NCBI GenBank assembly: GCA_000004985.1
Contig: GG738867.1
From: Naegleria gruberi
Lineage: Eukaryota
Strand: one strand, 5' to 3'
DNA length: 64,000 bases
Position 1 is the stretch's first letter. Each line of letters starts with the position of its first letter. A program made the position numbers and the translations under genes. The notes under the pieces are model-generated. The model saw nothing but the letters and a program-made list of their open reading frames with translations. It was not told where the DNA came from and did no database searches. Below, in pieces: positions 12,485 to 23,920 of the stretch.

Positions 12485-14677
12485 ATGTCAACTTTTGGCT
12501 CCATCAAAAAAATGTCAAACAAACGAAATCTAATAGTGGTTATACTACTGACAGTAGTATTGCTATGTATTTCATCAGTGTACACCTTCACTGTGGATAA
12601 ATATTTTGATTTTAATGATGGAGTAATGTCAATTCAACAACAATCAAGTCAGGATTTGACAAGTTTATCAATTCGGAAGAAATTAATGGAAAGCACAGTA
12701 ATTGGTGTGAATGATTATTTTGCAATTTATTTGTGGAAAGACAAAATGATAAAAACTTACAATATGAGTCAATCACCTCAAAACCTAGACGAATTTGTTC
12801 AAATTATTCGAAACTCTAACGCCACCATGAGGTTAGCAGTAACTACTACTTTGAAACCATGGGTTGAATCATATGGCTACCTCTACGGATTTGATTCTAT
12901 TAGAAAACAAGTTAATTATGAAGATTTAACACCAGTTTCTGATTGTATAAAATCAGATAACATGATTGAAAATGATGGCTTTATTGGAACTGCATCGAGC
13001 ATTTCATCTGCAGTGAAAGCTCACAAAATGATTTATCCAGAGAGGAAATCTGAATTGGAATTGAGAAATTTTTATTCGCTTCGTTACATTCCTAAAAGTT
13101 TAGTTGTGGCATCGAGTGTTTCAATGGAGCAAAATGTTGAATTCCTATCGAATATTATTGACAATAATATTGGATATTTAAATGCTTCTTCTCAATGTGG
13201 AACACCTCAAGTTCTTTCTAGAGATGCTGCTTGGGCAAGATATGGATTCTCATTTGTTAATTTCACAGTTACTGATATTCGAAACGTTGAAAGAATGTAT
13301 AATATTTCAATTAATTTTGACAATAGATATGCAAATACAGTGATTGAGAAGTATAGAAACTATGTCTATTTCAATGAGAGTATGAGTTCAGTTCTGAAAC
13401 AAATGTCAGATTCATCATGTATGCAATGTCCATATGAATTGTGCTATGCTTTCGGTTCACAAGATTATGCTTCATATATTGGTGTTGGAATTGCCATATT
13501 CTATTTTATATTGCTGTTTTCACTGGGAATGTTCAGATCATATTCTCTCAAGAGAAGATTATTCGTTCCTTATTTACCTTTATTTGGAATATTGAGAAAT
13601 TTTTCAAATACTCAAATGTTGTCTGCATCCTGCCAATCTGTTTCTAGACCAATGGCTCTATTTGCTTCAATAGTGATTATTGCTGTATACTTTTTTACGA
13701 TTATGAGATATGTCTATATGAGGAACATGTATTCATTCCTTTCCAATTCGAATAAGAGTACCGCTTTCCACAAGAGAATTTTATCAATTCCATTCGCACT
13801 TTCAATGTCCCTTGCTTTCATTTTAGTACTTTCAATCATTGTAGTTTTACCTCCAACTGTTGCTTTTGAAATATTCAATGACAATAATATTATTAATGGT
13901 GTTGGAGCTGGAGTAATTTTCCTTTCTCTAATTTCAAGTGTGAGCTTTTTGATGGTTGACTTATTTTTGAATAGGAATAATATCAAAAGATATGGAATTT
14001 TAAAGTTCTTGTTCTTTGATGATCCAATTTATCTCAGAATTGACATTGCCTTCCAAGCCATGATTCTCATCTTTTTGATTCTCTACATTTCAGTCTCATT
14101 TGTTGAAACCATATTTCCAGCAATTATGGATGTTTGCATCTCAATATCAGTCATTCTCATTTGTGGAGGAAACGCAATGATTATTGAGATCTCTAAAAAG
14201 ATCATCTACAAGGACAGAACTGCTCAAACCCAACAATCAGATCTGGAAAATCTAATGGAGAAGAATAAGGAATTTTACACACTAATGAGTGAATATTCAA
14301 GGAAGGAATTTTCATATGAGAACGTTGCCTTCTACGATGCCATTTTGGATTACAAGAGCTCACGTAAATCCCTCTCATTAGATGACTTGAAAAGGATTGA
14401 AACAGAATTCATACATCCCTTCTCAAAGTATGAAGTGAATCTGCCATCACAAGTGAAGAAGGATCTCTCCTCTCTCATTCAAGACCTTTCTGTTCCTTCG
14501 AATCAATCAGATCATGAGACTAAGATCAAGACAAGAAAGCATCAACTCATAGAGACCATGTTTTTAGAGTTGTGTAAAAACCTTACAGATACCTTCCACC
14601 GATTGAAACAAACTCAACAATATTCACAATGGTTGGCTGTTTACCAACTTCAAAAGGAAAATTCTCTCAATGTCTAA
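12485..14677 (+). CDS. Receptor-like 7TM protein with C-terminal RGS domain (7TM-RGS)
   Basis: The protein has a signal-anchor (LIVVILLTVVLLCISSV) and an ~330 aa Cys-containing ectodomain. About 7 hydrophobic helices lie between aa 330-560. An RGS-like block follows (…EFSYENVAFYDAILDYK…IETEFI…). An alternative start ATG lies at 12512. Confidence 0.6.
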   Translation: MSTFGSIKKMSNKRNLIVVILLTVVLLCISSVYTFTVDKYFDFNDGVMSIQQQSSQDLTSLSIRKKLMESTVIGVNDYFAIYLWKDKMIKTYNMSQSPQNLDEFVQIIRNSNATMRLAVTTTLKPWVESYGYLYGFDSIRKQVNYEDLTPVSDCIKSDNMIENDGFIGTASSISSAVKAHKMIYPERKSELELRNFYSLRYIPKSLVVASSVSMEQNVEFLSNIIDNNIGYLNASSQCGTPQVLSRDAAWARYGFSFVNFTVTDIRNVERMYNISINFDNRYANTVIEKYRNYVYFNESMSSVLKQMSDSSCMQCPYELCYAFGSQDYASYIGVGIAIFYFILLFSLGMFRSYSLKRRLFVPYLPLFGILRNFSNTQMLSASCQSVSRPMALFASIVIIAVYFFTIMRYVYMRNMYSFLSNSNKSTAFHKRILSIPFALSMSLAFILVLSIIVVLPPTVAFEIFNDNNIINGVGAGVIFLSLISSVSFLMVDLFLNRNNIKRYGILKFLFFDDPIYLRIDIAFQAMILIFLILYISVSFVETIFPAIMDVCISISVILICGGNAMIIEISKKIIYKDRTAQTQQSDLENLMEKNKEFYTLMSEYSRKEFSYENVAFYDAILDYKSSRKSLSLDDLKRIETEFIHPFSKYEVNLPSQVKKDLSSLIQDLSVPSNQSDHETKIKTRKHQLIETMFLELCKNLTDTFHRLKQTQQYSQWLAVYQLQKENSLNV

Positions 14678-14724
14678 TAGAGGAACAACAAGTAATAATT
14701 TAATTTCAGTGAAATATGAACCAT

Positions 14725-15354
14725 TTAGCATCTGCTTGCATGGAAACCAATAGTTTCGTGCAAAACTCTCAATCTTTGACCCAAGGCCTTAATTTCCAAA
14801 GCCAACTGACCAGCCAAACAGTCATTCTTCTTGTTGAATTTAACGTTATTGAGACCAACACACAATCCGACAGTTGGAACAACATCATAACAGAGATCAG
14901 GAATGTGGAATTTAAAGCTAACCTTAGCAATGGTCTTTCCAAAAGCGTGGATACCCATCTCAACTTGTTCAGTATTAAGATTAAATTCAAGGTAAAATCC
15001 AGCAGAGATGGAAACTCTTTCAATCAAGAATTTTTGATGGAATCCAACATCGCATTCAAATCTCTTAAGACCATCATCTCTTGTGTATTTACATGAAGCA
15101 CCAACACCTTCGATAGCCTTAAGAACATTCTTCAACTCTTTTTCAACTTCATGTTCCACCTTCTTAATAACTTGGGTGACTGGCTTAACAATATTCTTAA
15201 TACCAAATCTCTTTTCCATAGCCTTTCTCTCAGTGTTTGACATTTCATATTTGGCTACAGCCTTTGATGAGAAGGCAAATGTGTTTTCACTGAGCAAGCA
15301 AACCACAATAGCCAAGAGTAAATAAACGCCGATTAAGCTGTGAGATGTTTTCAT
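14725..15354 (-). CDS. Small secreted protein (signal peptide; Cys-containing), unknown function
   Basis: The ORF is 209 aa. Its N-terminus MKTSHSLIGVYLLLAIVVCLLSENTFA is a typical cleavable signal peptide. The ATG is in aaaaATG context. Confidence 0.5.
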   Translation of the reverse strand: MKTSHSLIGVYLLLAIVVCLLSENTFAFSSKAVAKYEMSNTERKAMEKRFGIKNIVKPVTQVIKKVEHEVEKELKNVLKAIEGVGASCKYTRDDGLKRFECDVGFHQKFLIERVSISAGFYLEFNLNTEQVEMGIHAFGKTIAKVSFKFHIPDLCYDVVPTVGLCVGLNNVKFNKKNDCLAGQLALEIKALGQRLRVLHETIGFHASRC

Positions 15355-15598
15355 TTTTCTTTGAGTAAAAAATTAGAGAGGAGTTATCGCTACTGTAATA
15401 GGATGGTACAATATAGAGAATAAGGAAATGCTGAGGCAAAAGAAAACGACGCGACCCTGTAATCTTCAAAATAATATGATCACAAGGTTCAACAAATATC
15501 AACCATAAAACAGTAGGCCTTATTTGACTGATATTGTTATTATTTTGCTGTAAGCATAATATAAGGTTTCAATAAGGGAACTCTTTTTTAAATGTGAA

Positions 15599-15679
15599 GC
15601 GGTCTTGACCGAGTGGTTAAGGTGATTGACTAGAAATCAATTGGGGAGACCCGCACAGGTTCGAGTCCTGTAGATCGCG
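15599..15679 (+). tRNA. tRNA-Ser (anticodon AGA), long variable arm
   Basis: The cloverleaf is: acceptor GCGGTCT/AGATCGC (one G-U pair), D-arm ACC-GAGTGGTTAA-GGT, anticodon stem ATTGA/TCAAT, loop CTAGAAA (U33, anticodon A34-G35-A36), a 15 nt variable arm, T-arm ACAGG-TTCGAGT-CCTGT, and discriminator G73. A TTTTTT run lies 5 nt downstream. Confidence 0.85.
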
Positions 15680-15684
15680 AAAGC

Positions 15685-15690
15685 TTTTTT
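15685..15690 (+). terminator. Pol III oligo-T terminator downstream of tRNA-Ser(AGA)
   Basis: A T6 run lies 5 nt after the tRNA 3' end. Confidence 0.5.
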
Positions 15691-15817
15691 GTTGTGGCCT
15701 TTTTCTTCAAGTTTGGTTTATAAGATAGGAAGTTTATTGTGTGATGATAATTACTTAGATAATGCATTCTTCTAGAAGTTACCAAGTCAAGTATCAAAAG
15801 CATTAATCAACTTTCAA

Positions 15818-18654
15818 CTACTCAGAGAATAGTGAATAATTATTCAAGTCAAGAGTTTTACAAGCAAGTGATAACTCTTGTTGCTGGTTAAGAAGAGCAA
15901 TTTCGTCATTGTCTTTCAAATCTTCAAGACTGTGAATTGCACACAAGTTCTCTTTTAACCTTATAAACTCCAAGCTTCTGTCATTAAGCTTAATTTTCAA
16001 CAATTCTATCAAATCAGAAATATTTCGAATATTGAGAGAAATCGACACAACAGCTCCTAAATCACATTCGTATAAGTAAGCAAATATTCTTCTTACACGA
16101 TTTTGAAGTTTCAAATGTGGTACAATATTAGAAAGCTCAATGACACACGAACCTTCTGTTTTCATGGCCCAAAAAACTCTCGAATTGTTTTCTTCAACAA
16201 TCAGAGAGTAGTCAATTAGAGGAAGAACATACGAGTTCACAATTGCATAACAAAAACCACCTCCAGTAACTCCAAAACCAATTCTGTCAGTTATATCAAC
16301 AGGAGGAAGGTACTGTTTTGACATTTTTGTGCCATCGGATTTGCACTCAATAGTCATTAACCCAGTTCTCAAACAAAAGGAAATAGTTTTGTTTCTAATA
16401 TCATCTTTGTCAACGTTTTCGGATGTGCAACCCATGAACAAGAATTCCAAATTTCCTTTTCTTTCCAGTATTCCTAGCTCGATATACCCAATCGTGAACT
16501 TATTCAAGGAAGCATTCAATGGAATGCCATTAGTTGAAATGGACACTTTAGAACTGGATCCAGATTGGATAAATTTCTCATTGCTTGTGCTTTCATTCCC
16601 TTTCAGGGTCTGGTCTGTTAACTGTTGTGATACATTTTCTAAATAGTGGTGAATACTTATTCCATGTTTTCTCATCTCTAAGCAGGTGAAATTGCCATTT
16701 TCAATATCTATATCATGAGATACGTGATTTTCATTACGAAAACACTGGAAACAAATCTTCTTATTGCAAGTTTTACATACATAATGCCAAAAATTACAAG
16801 AGCAAGAGCCTAAACATGTCCCATAGTATGAAGAACTAATCAGAAGAGGATATTCTTGATTGAAATCTTCTAATAATTCCTTAATTCTTATAGCTAGCTC
16901 AATCTTCTTTTTAGCATTATCGTCGTTAGAGGTACGATATCTGTATATTGTTTCTTCTGCTCTGTAATTGAAACATGTTTGGAAAGTTTTTTCTAATTGA
17001 TGAGGTTGTGCCAACTCAATTGCTGATTTAGTGAATTCTATTTCAATACTTGAAATAAATGATGAAAGAACTTGGAAAGGAAGGTAAGGTATACACAAGG
17101 CAGCAATTTCCAACCACTTATTACAAGAAGGGTGCTCCCTCCACAATAGTACACATTGTGTAAGGAAATTTCTTTGCGCAAACAATTTACGTGCCTTAAA
17201 GCTTTTACATAAAAGATTCCATAAGAATTCGCCAATGAAACTCTTGTTGTTAGCCTTGGAAATCTTTGATTCCTCACAGAAAATTCGAAGATCTGAATCT
17301 AAGATAGAGGAAATAACAAGTTGGACTGAATTGTGACTATGTAAGGCTTTTGTAAGAATTTGAAGGATTAAGGAGAATTTTTCAGTTTCTTCACTTGTCA
17401 ATCTTTCAATATTCTTATTGAAAGAAGAAAATTGAGAGGCCACCATTTGAATTCCATCATTTTCACTGACAAAGGAGTTTAAATAATCCTTTTCATTAAT
17501 CCAACTATTGATAATATTTAAACTTCTAACTGAAATTTTCATTGATTTCATGCAAGCGGCTGACAACAAAGCAATAAATGAGTCGTTACATTTCGATATA
17601 TCATTATCATTCTTGTTTTCTATCATATTATCCCAGGTTGTAACAATTGGGTGTTGTAACAATTCTCTTGCTTCCAACCTGGAATCAGCATCGCAAACCA
17701 TCAACTTCATTACCTGCAAACTAGCTTTATCTGTCAAAAGTCTTGCAAGAATTTGTTGATAAGTCTTTACAAACCATTGATTACTTTGGACATTTATCAA
17801 CGAATTAATATCTAATTTTCCGTTTACCATTATTGCTAATTTTGCAAGGTTAGTTCTGTAATCTTTTTCTGGTAAACTTGCTAATACTTGGACAAAGATA
17901 ATTCCCAAAGAATAGACGTCCACTTTGGGAGTGTAGCTTTTTGTAAAAACTTCAGGAGCTTGATAGAAAACATCTCCAGCAATAGTTTTTGCCTTTGATT
18001 GATGAGCCTGTAATTGAGTGCCAACTCCAAAATCACCAATTTTAACTTCAACCTTATCCAATCCTTCCAACAGAGAATTTGTTAAAAGACTAGCATCATA
18101 TTTAACCATAATATTGTTTGGTTTTAAATCTTGAGTAAAATAGTTTTTTAAAAAGTTGATAAAGAAAACATACCTCTATGAATGATTTTCAACTCGTTCA
18201 ATTCTTTCAAGACATGTAACATTTTAATGAACCATTGGAAAGCAACTTTGGCAGAAACTTTGATATTTTCCTTTTTTAGTCGTTCTAAAATTTGATTCAA
18301 GTTTCCTTGACAAACTTCCATTCTAATACACAAAAACACCTTACTTATATCCTCTACTTTGGTAATTGGAGAAGTTTTCAAGAGTTTATAGTCATAAATC
18401 TTTACTATATTTGGATGTTCACATTCTTGAGCCAATTTAACTTCTTTTATAATTGAACTTGAATTTGTTTCAGACTCTTCAATAACTTTGAGTGCAAATT
18501 CTTCATTCGAATTAACGTCACGAATCAAATAAACAGATCCAAAATTACCACTTCCTAACGTATCAATCAGATAATACTTTTTATCTGCATAATTAATAAC
18601 CTTATAGGTTGATTTGGTGGTACTGGTCGACTCTTTTGATTTCGATAAACCCAT
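15818..18654 (-). CDS. Ser/Thr protein kinase with N-myristoylation-type start (MGxxxS) and B-box/ZZ-like zinc finger; 2 exons (18654..18174, 18129..15818)
   Basis: A 44 nt intron at 18130..18173 (gtatgt…ctcaag) joins …ELKIIHR|DLKPNNIMVKYD and restores kinase subdomain VIb. The protein carries GSGNFGSVY, ALKVI, DFG and APE motifs. Downstream of the kinase is a Cys/His cluster CLGSCSCNFWHYVCKTCNKKICFQCFRNENHVSHD. Total length is about 930 aa. Confidence 0.8.
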
Positions 18655-19000
18655 TTTTTTAATCTTAGTTGTTTAAAAATTTTTTCACGTTTTCACGTTT
18701 TGATTTTTAACAAGTTGAAAAATGGAAGATCTTTTAAATAATTTTTTGATATATTAAGGCCACAAAACTGAGCGTTGATACAATAAATTTCATTCGACAT
18801 CATGAACAAGATTGAAGTGTCCTTTTTTTAAAACGTGATTGACTTTTGACATGTTCTAAGTCATTGTTATTTTCATTAGTGATGACAGTAACCTTAAACA
18901 AAAAATACATATAGAAACGTCCCAAAGAAGACTTCACGTTTTCGTTTTAGAATGGTTAAATAGAATTAAATTGTCACAACAATTTTATCAATGATAAAAA
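18655..19000. promoter_or_regulatory. Putative bidirectional promoter between the divergent kinase paralogs
   Basis: A 346 bp AT-rich spacer separates the two divergent ATGs (18654 minus, 19001 plus). This is inferred only from the gene arrangement. Confidence 0.3.
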
Positions 19001-22000
19001 ATGGGTATTCTCAATAGCAAGGAAAGTCTTCCCAAGACTACTACCACCATCAGTAACACAATTGCAGAGATTGAAAAGAAGAAAGCTGTACCATCAAAAA
19101 AAGAAGAAACAGTTTCGTTTAGATGTTTCAATACAAATTGGTCTCTCATACGATCATTGGGAGAAGGATATTTTGGAAAAGTATATGAAGCAAAAGATTT
19201 GACTACTGGTTCTCAATTTGCTATCAAAATTGTGAGATTTGAAATTGCAAATGAGGAGTTAGCTCGAAGAGAAGTTGAATTTTCCAAGAATATTGATAGT
19301 TCAAACGTTGTCAAAATCTTTGATAGTGAAGTGATGGACAAGGATCCAACCACTGGTCTTCCATCGAATGGTTGCAAGTTTTTGGTTATAAAGATGGAGC
19401 TTTGTCAAGGAAACTTGAATGACATTCTAATTCAATTAATAAGTAGCAATCAAACTCTTAGAATTGATGTTGTTTTTGTTTGGTTTTTCAAAATGCTTGA
19501 TGTTTTGTGCGACTTTGAACAAAATAATTTAATTCACAGGTAAGTTTGAGCAGGTAATTGAAAGAAACTTGAATTGTTTCATACAGAGATTTGAAACCAT
19601 CTAATATAATGATAAAGTATGAAGGTTCTTCCCCAACAGAGTTTGAGAAAATTCAACTCAAGATTGGAGACTTTGGATTGGCAAAGAAAATGAATGGGAA
19701 CTATTCTAATGTTGGTACTTCAATATTTAAGGCTTTGGAAATTATTGAACAAGAGGAGTATGACACAAGAGCTGATGTTTATTCTCTTGGAATGATACTG
19801 TTGCAAGTTAGTTTATTGATTTCTGAGGGTACACTTGCTGAAAAAATGTTAATTATTGTATCTAAATATGAAACAGGTCCCTATGAAACTTCTTTATGGC
19901 GTATTTTACAAGATAACAAAAGATTGAATGAATTCTTTGGAGATGTTTTTTATGATTTAACTGATCCAGGTACAAAAGAACTACTCAAACAAATGATTTG
20001 TGTTGTTGAAAAAAGATTGAAAGCTTCAGAGTTACAAAATCATCCAATTGTAAAGACTTGGAAGAAAGTATTAGCTTATGGACCAAACCATAGAGAAATT
20101 GATTTGTTTGAGTTCAATAACGCACCAAACGGTAATTTGGTAATCCTTGGGCTCGTTCCATTGATCAAGATTGTTTCCAAGCCGTCTGTAGTTTTAAGGG
20201 CCTTGTATGTTCTAGAAAGAATATTTTCTGATAGTACTAAACTGAAAGAGAGATCAGAGTATTTTATTATTAATGGTGGTATAGAGGTGGTTATTGGATA
20301 TGTCAATTCACTTATTAAAGCACTAGTACCAAACGATAAGTCATCCAATTCGAAACCAAAAAAGGAGTTGATTGAAGAGATAAAATCACACACTATTAGT
20401 AGTTTGATCACCACTAATGCATCTATTAATGACAAGGTTAAGACAGGATGGAATTTGTCAGTCAAATTAATTGCTTCAATATTGGAAAATAGTGACAATT
20501 TACCTTCTGAAAGACTTCGATTATTGAGTGCATCACTTAGAAGAAGTGGATTGTTTGATCTAATATCATCTTTGAAAAAGATTGATGATAAGGAAAAGCT
20601 GGCAGTTGAAGCAGTTGTTCCTGTTGTAAAGATTATCTCATTCATGTGTAAACACAATATAAGCGTAAGAAGCAATTATGCAAAGAAAAGTTTCATCGTT
20701 GCACTTTTGTCATTATTGGTATCAGATGGAATGGACGAGTTGAAAGGTGACATTATCGAAACAATTGCTCTTGTTGTTCCTTACATTGATGGAAGTGATG
20801 AAAAACTTGAGTTACTTGGTTTTTTTAAAAACTACTTTTTGTCACTTTCAATGCAAATGGCTGAACCTAGCTGTTTGATAGCTAATGAACAAGTATTTGA
20901 ACAATACATTGACAAACAAGATGATCCCGTTGAAGGGTTATTATTGAGAAGCAAACTTGCAATGATGGTTTCAGATTACAAACAAATTTTAAGTAGATCG
21001 TACTATGGATTATGCTCTAATGTTGATAGATCAGATGACCATATCAAGATGTGGTGGTTTAGATGTAAAACATGTTTTGCAAATGATCCATCTCTTGGTT
21101 GCTGTTTAACATGTGGCTATAAATGTCACCTTGGTCATAATTTGTCTCTTCAATATTCATCATTTTATTGTGACTGCCATGTAGGTGAAGAAACAATACA
21201 AGGACACACATGCCAATGCAAACCTAGTCAGGGATCCTTATTACCTCACTTGTCCTCCTTCAAATTGACTAGTCCAATTTCCGGTTTTGTTTCTGAAGGA
21301 TTACTTCTTTGTTTAAAGGAACAGGATCAAGACAACCATTCTGATTTTACAATCATTAATTTTGGGGAAGAATCAACAGCAATCTCCAACCAACCAATAG
21401 TTTCTCTCAATAAGGTAAACGAAGCAGAAAGAGAAGAAACCATTGGCTATTTTTCAATTAAAGTCCTTTCCACTGAGTTCGACGACTTGAAGATTGGTAT
21501 TAGCACTTCAGATTCCAAGTCCATAGAAAAAATTACTGAGATAGACACAAATAACAGTATTACATATGATTTATCAAATGGTAATTTAATCATTGGAAAA
21601 AACTCTTTCGTTTATGGACCAGAGGGATACTCAACGTGTACTGTTGGCTTTGGTATAACAAACATGGGTAGAATTTATGTCATGTTTGATAGTATGGCAC
21701 TGCCACTAATCACTCATCAAACGCTGAATGATGGAAATGTTTTTGCTGTTATCAGAGTGGCTGGAACAAGTATTCTGAAATTCTCTTGTGATACTCCGAT
21801 CATAGACGCCCCACAAACTATTTCTTTTACATTAAAACCAGTGGTAAAAAAGGAGGTTGACCTTGATACCAAAGCTAATGACGAGATTGTGAATACTGAA
21901 TCAAATGTTAGAGTTGAATACTCTGTTTCTCAGAATACCTCTGCTAAAGAACAGTTGAACAGCAACTCTTCATCAACAGGTCCGATTATTGAGAAGAAAA

Positions 22001-22227
22001 TCAAGGTAAGAAGATACGGAAAGAGCAAGGGAGGAGTTTTACTTACTTTAACTCCTGATCATAGTAAAGATACAATTCTTGATCTTGCAAGAACGAAACT
22101 GAAAGAGCCATCAATTGTTTCTCTTAGAGACGAAGAATGGATTGAATATGATTGTTTCCAAGATTTTGTTCAGAATAATGTGTATCAGGCGTTGACCAAA
22201 GAAGATGAAGATAAGGAAGAGTTGTAA
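19001..22227 (+). CDS. Ser/Thr protein kinase paralog (MGxxxS start, kinase, B-box/ZZ-like Zn finger, long C-terminal domain); 2 exons (19001..19539, 19587..22227)
   Basis: A 47 nt intron at 19540..19586 (gtaagt…atacag) joins …NNLIHR|DLKPSNIMIKYE. The same intron position and phase are found in the divergent neighbour. The Cys/His cluster is CKTCFANDPSLGCCLTCGYKCHLGHNLSLQYSSFYCDCH. Total length is about 1059 aa. Confidence 0.8.
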
Positions 22228-22436
22228 AACAAAACACACTGTAAAATCCGTTCTTGATTCTATAACTAAATGATTTCTTTAATTATTTCATATGAAATAG
22301 TAACATTGAAAACTATTTTTGGCGTTGGTGGTGAACTTTGTCTTTGGAGATCACATAAATTTCCCTTTAAATAATATATAAATTTATAAAACAAAAAAAA
22401 CAAAGATTTAATTTCCATTCAAATATAAGAAGCAAA

Positions 22437-23448
22437 ATGACCGCCATTAATACTATCACAACTCCAGTTCAAACTCAACCTACTGGTAAATTAATCATGA
22501 GAAAGAACAAGGAAGACAAGATTGAAAAGGTATTCCAATTAATTAATTTCGGAGTCTTGAGCAAGACTGTTGGAGAATTTATTCAAGATTTGCCATCATC
22601 TGGTGAAGCATCAGCATCCACTTTCAAGATCAAGGCTATTGTTCCATCTTCTGAGAAGAGAAGAACAATTCTTGTAATTAACGATGAAAATGATTTTTCT
22701 GAAATGATGAAATTAATTCAAGAAATTCCACAAGATAAACCAATTCTTTTCAGAGAAATTGAATCATGAAAAGAAGGAAAGAAAGGAAAAGAAAGAAAGA
22801 AAGGTCAAGCCTAAATTGACTGAAGAACAATCTCAAAGTCTTTCCGAAAAGAAGGAACAAGTTGAATTATTGAAAGATGAAATTAAGATGAAGAAGGAAC
22901 AAATCAAGACTATCAAATTTGAAATGAAATCTTTGAAAAAGTCATTCCATCCAGTCAGTGTTAACAGTGACTCAAACGTTCCATCTGCTATTGAGTCATC
23001 TCCAACCAAGGAAGAAAGACTTAAACTCAAACTTCAAAACAAGGAAGAAAAACAAGCTTTGAAATTGGCCAAGAAAATGCTCAGAGATCAATGTAAGATT
23101 GAGAAGAGGGAAAGAAAGGAAAGAAAACTCTTTTTGAAGCAACAAGAAAATGCTAAAACTATTCCAACTCAACAAGAAGCAACTCAAGTTAGTGAACCAA
23201 CAGCTCCAGTTAATGTAACTGTAGAGCCAGTTATCTCTGAACCAGTTCAAGTTGTCAACAATACTGATGAAAAGCTTTCAATGAAACTCCAAAAGAAAGA
23301 GCAAAAGCTAGCCATGAAAATGGAAAAGAAACTTGAAAAACAATTAGTCAAAGCTCAAAGAAAATTGGAAAGACAAGCTCAAAAGCAAGAGAGAAAGGAA
23401 AGAAAATTGTTGGAAAAGCAACAACTTTCCACTCCTTCTCAAAATTAA
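22437..23448 (+). CDS. Protein with small N-terminal domain and long K/E-rich coiled-coil tail; two overlapping ORFs related by a +1 frameshift near 22720-22765
   Basis: ORF 22437..22769 is frame 1. ORF 22759..23448 is frame 2 and stays open upstream to about 22708. No GT…AG pair restores the frame. The shift lies in an A/G-rich homopolymeric stretch. Confidence 0.45.
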
Positions 23449-23920
23449 TAGTTTAGAATAATTTGAAACAACTATTAAGAAGGAATATCTCATATTCTCC
23501 CTTCACATTTGTTGTGTAGTGTCTGAGAATGAGGAAGTTCAACTCTTATAGTTAAACGTACCAGTCAATCATGATTTAGCTGGATTTAAGGATCATGAAA
23601 CTATCTAAACAATATCGTGTAAATAACAAAATAAACACCTCTCCACAAATAATTCTCAAATATTGTTGAGCAATTACAGTGGGACGATATATCGCAACTA
23701 GACGTAAATCTCTTTTATAAAGTTGAAGGCTTGGAGGAAAATGAAATCCTGTTGCTATCTCAAAAAAGGTTGAATTTATTTTGTCTGAAAAGGAAGCATA
23801 ATAAACTGAGTTAGAAAACCAAAAAGCTTGAGACCAGATTCTCTTTCCCTACCTTACTTAATAGAACTTTATAGGTGAAATCTTGTTGCACATAATTAAA
23901 ATTACTCAATTATTAATTTA

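Noticed and set aside
15599-15679. Initial reading of this tRNA as tRNA-Leu(TAG)
   Set aside because: Re-folding gives the anticodon stem ATTGA/TCAAT with loop CTAGAAA, so the anticodon is AGA. The discriminator is G73. Both are Ser features.
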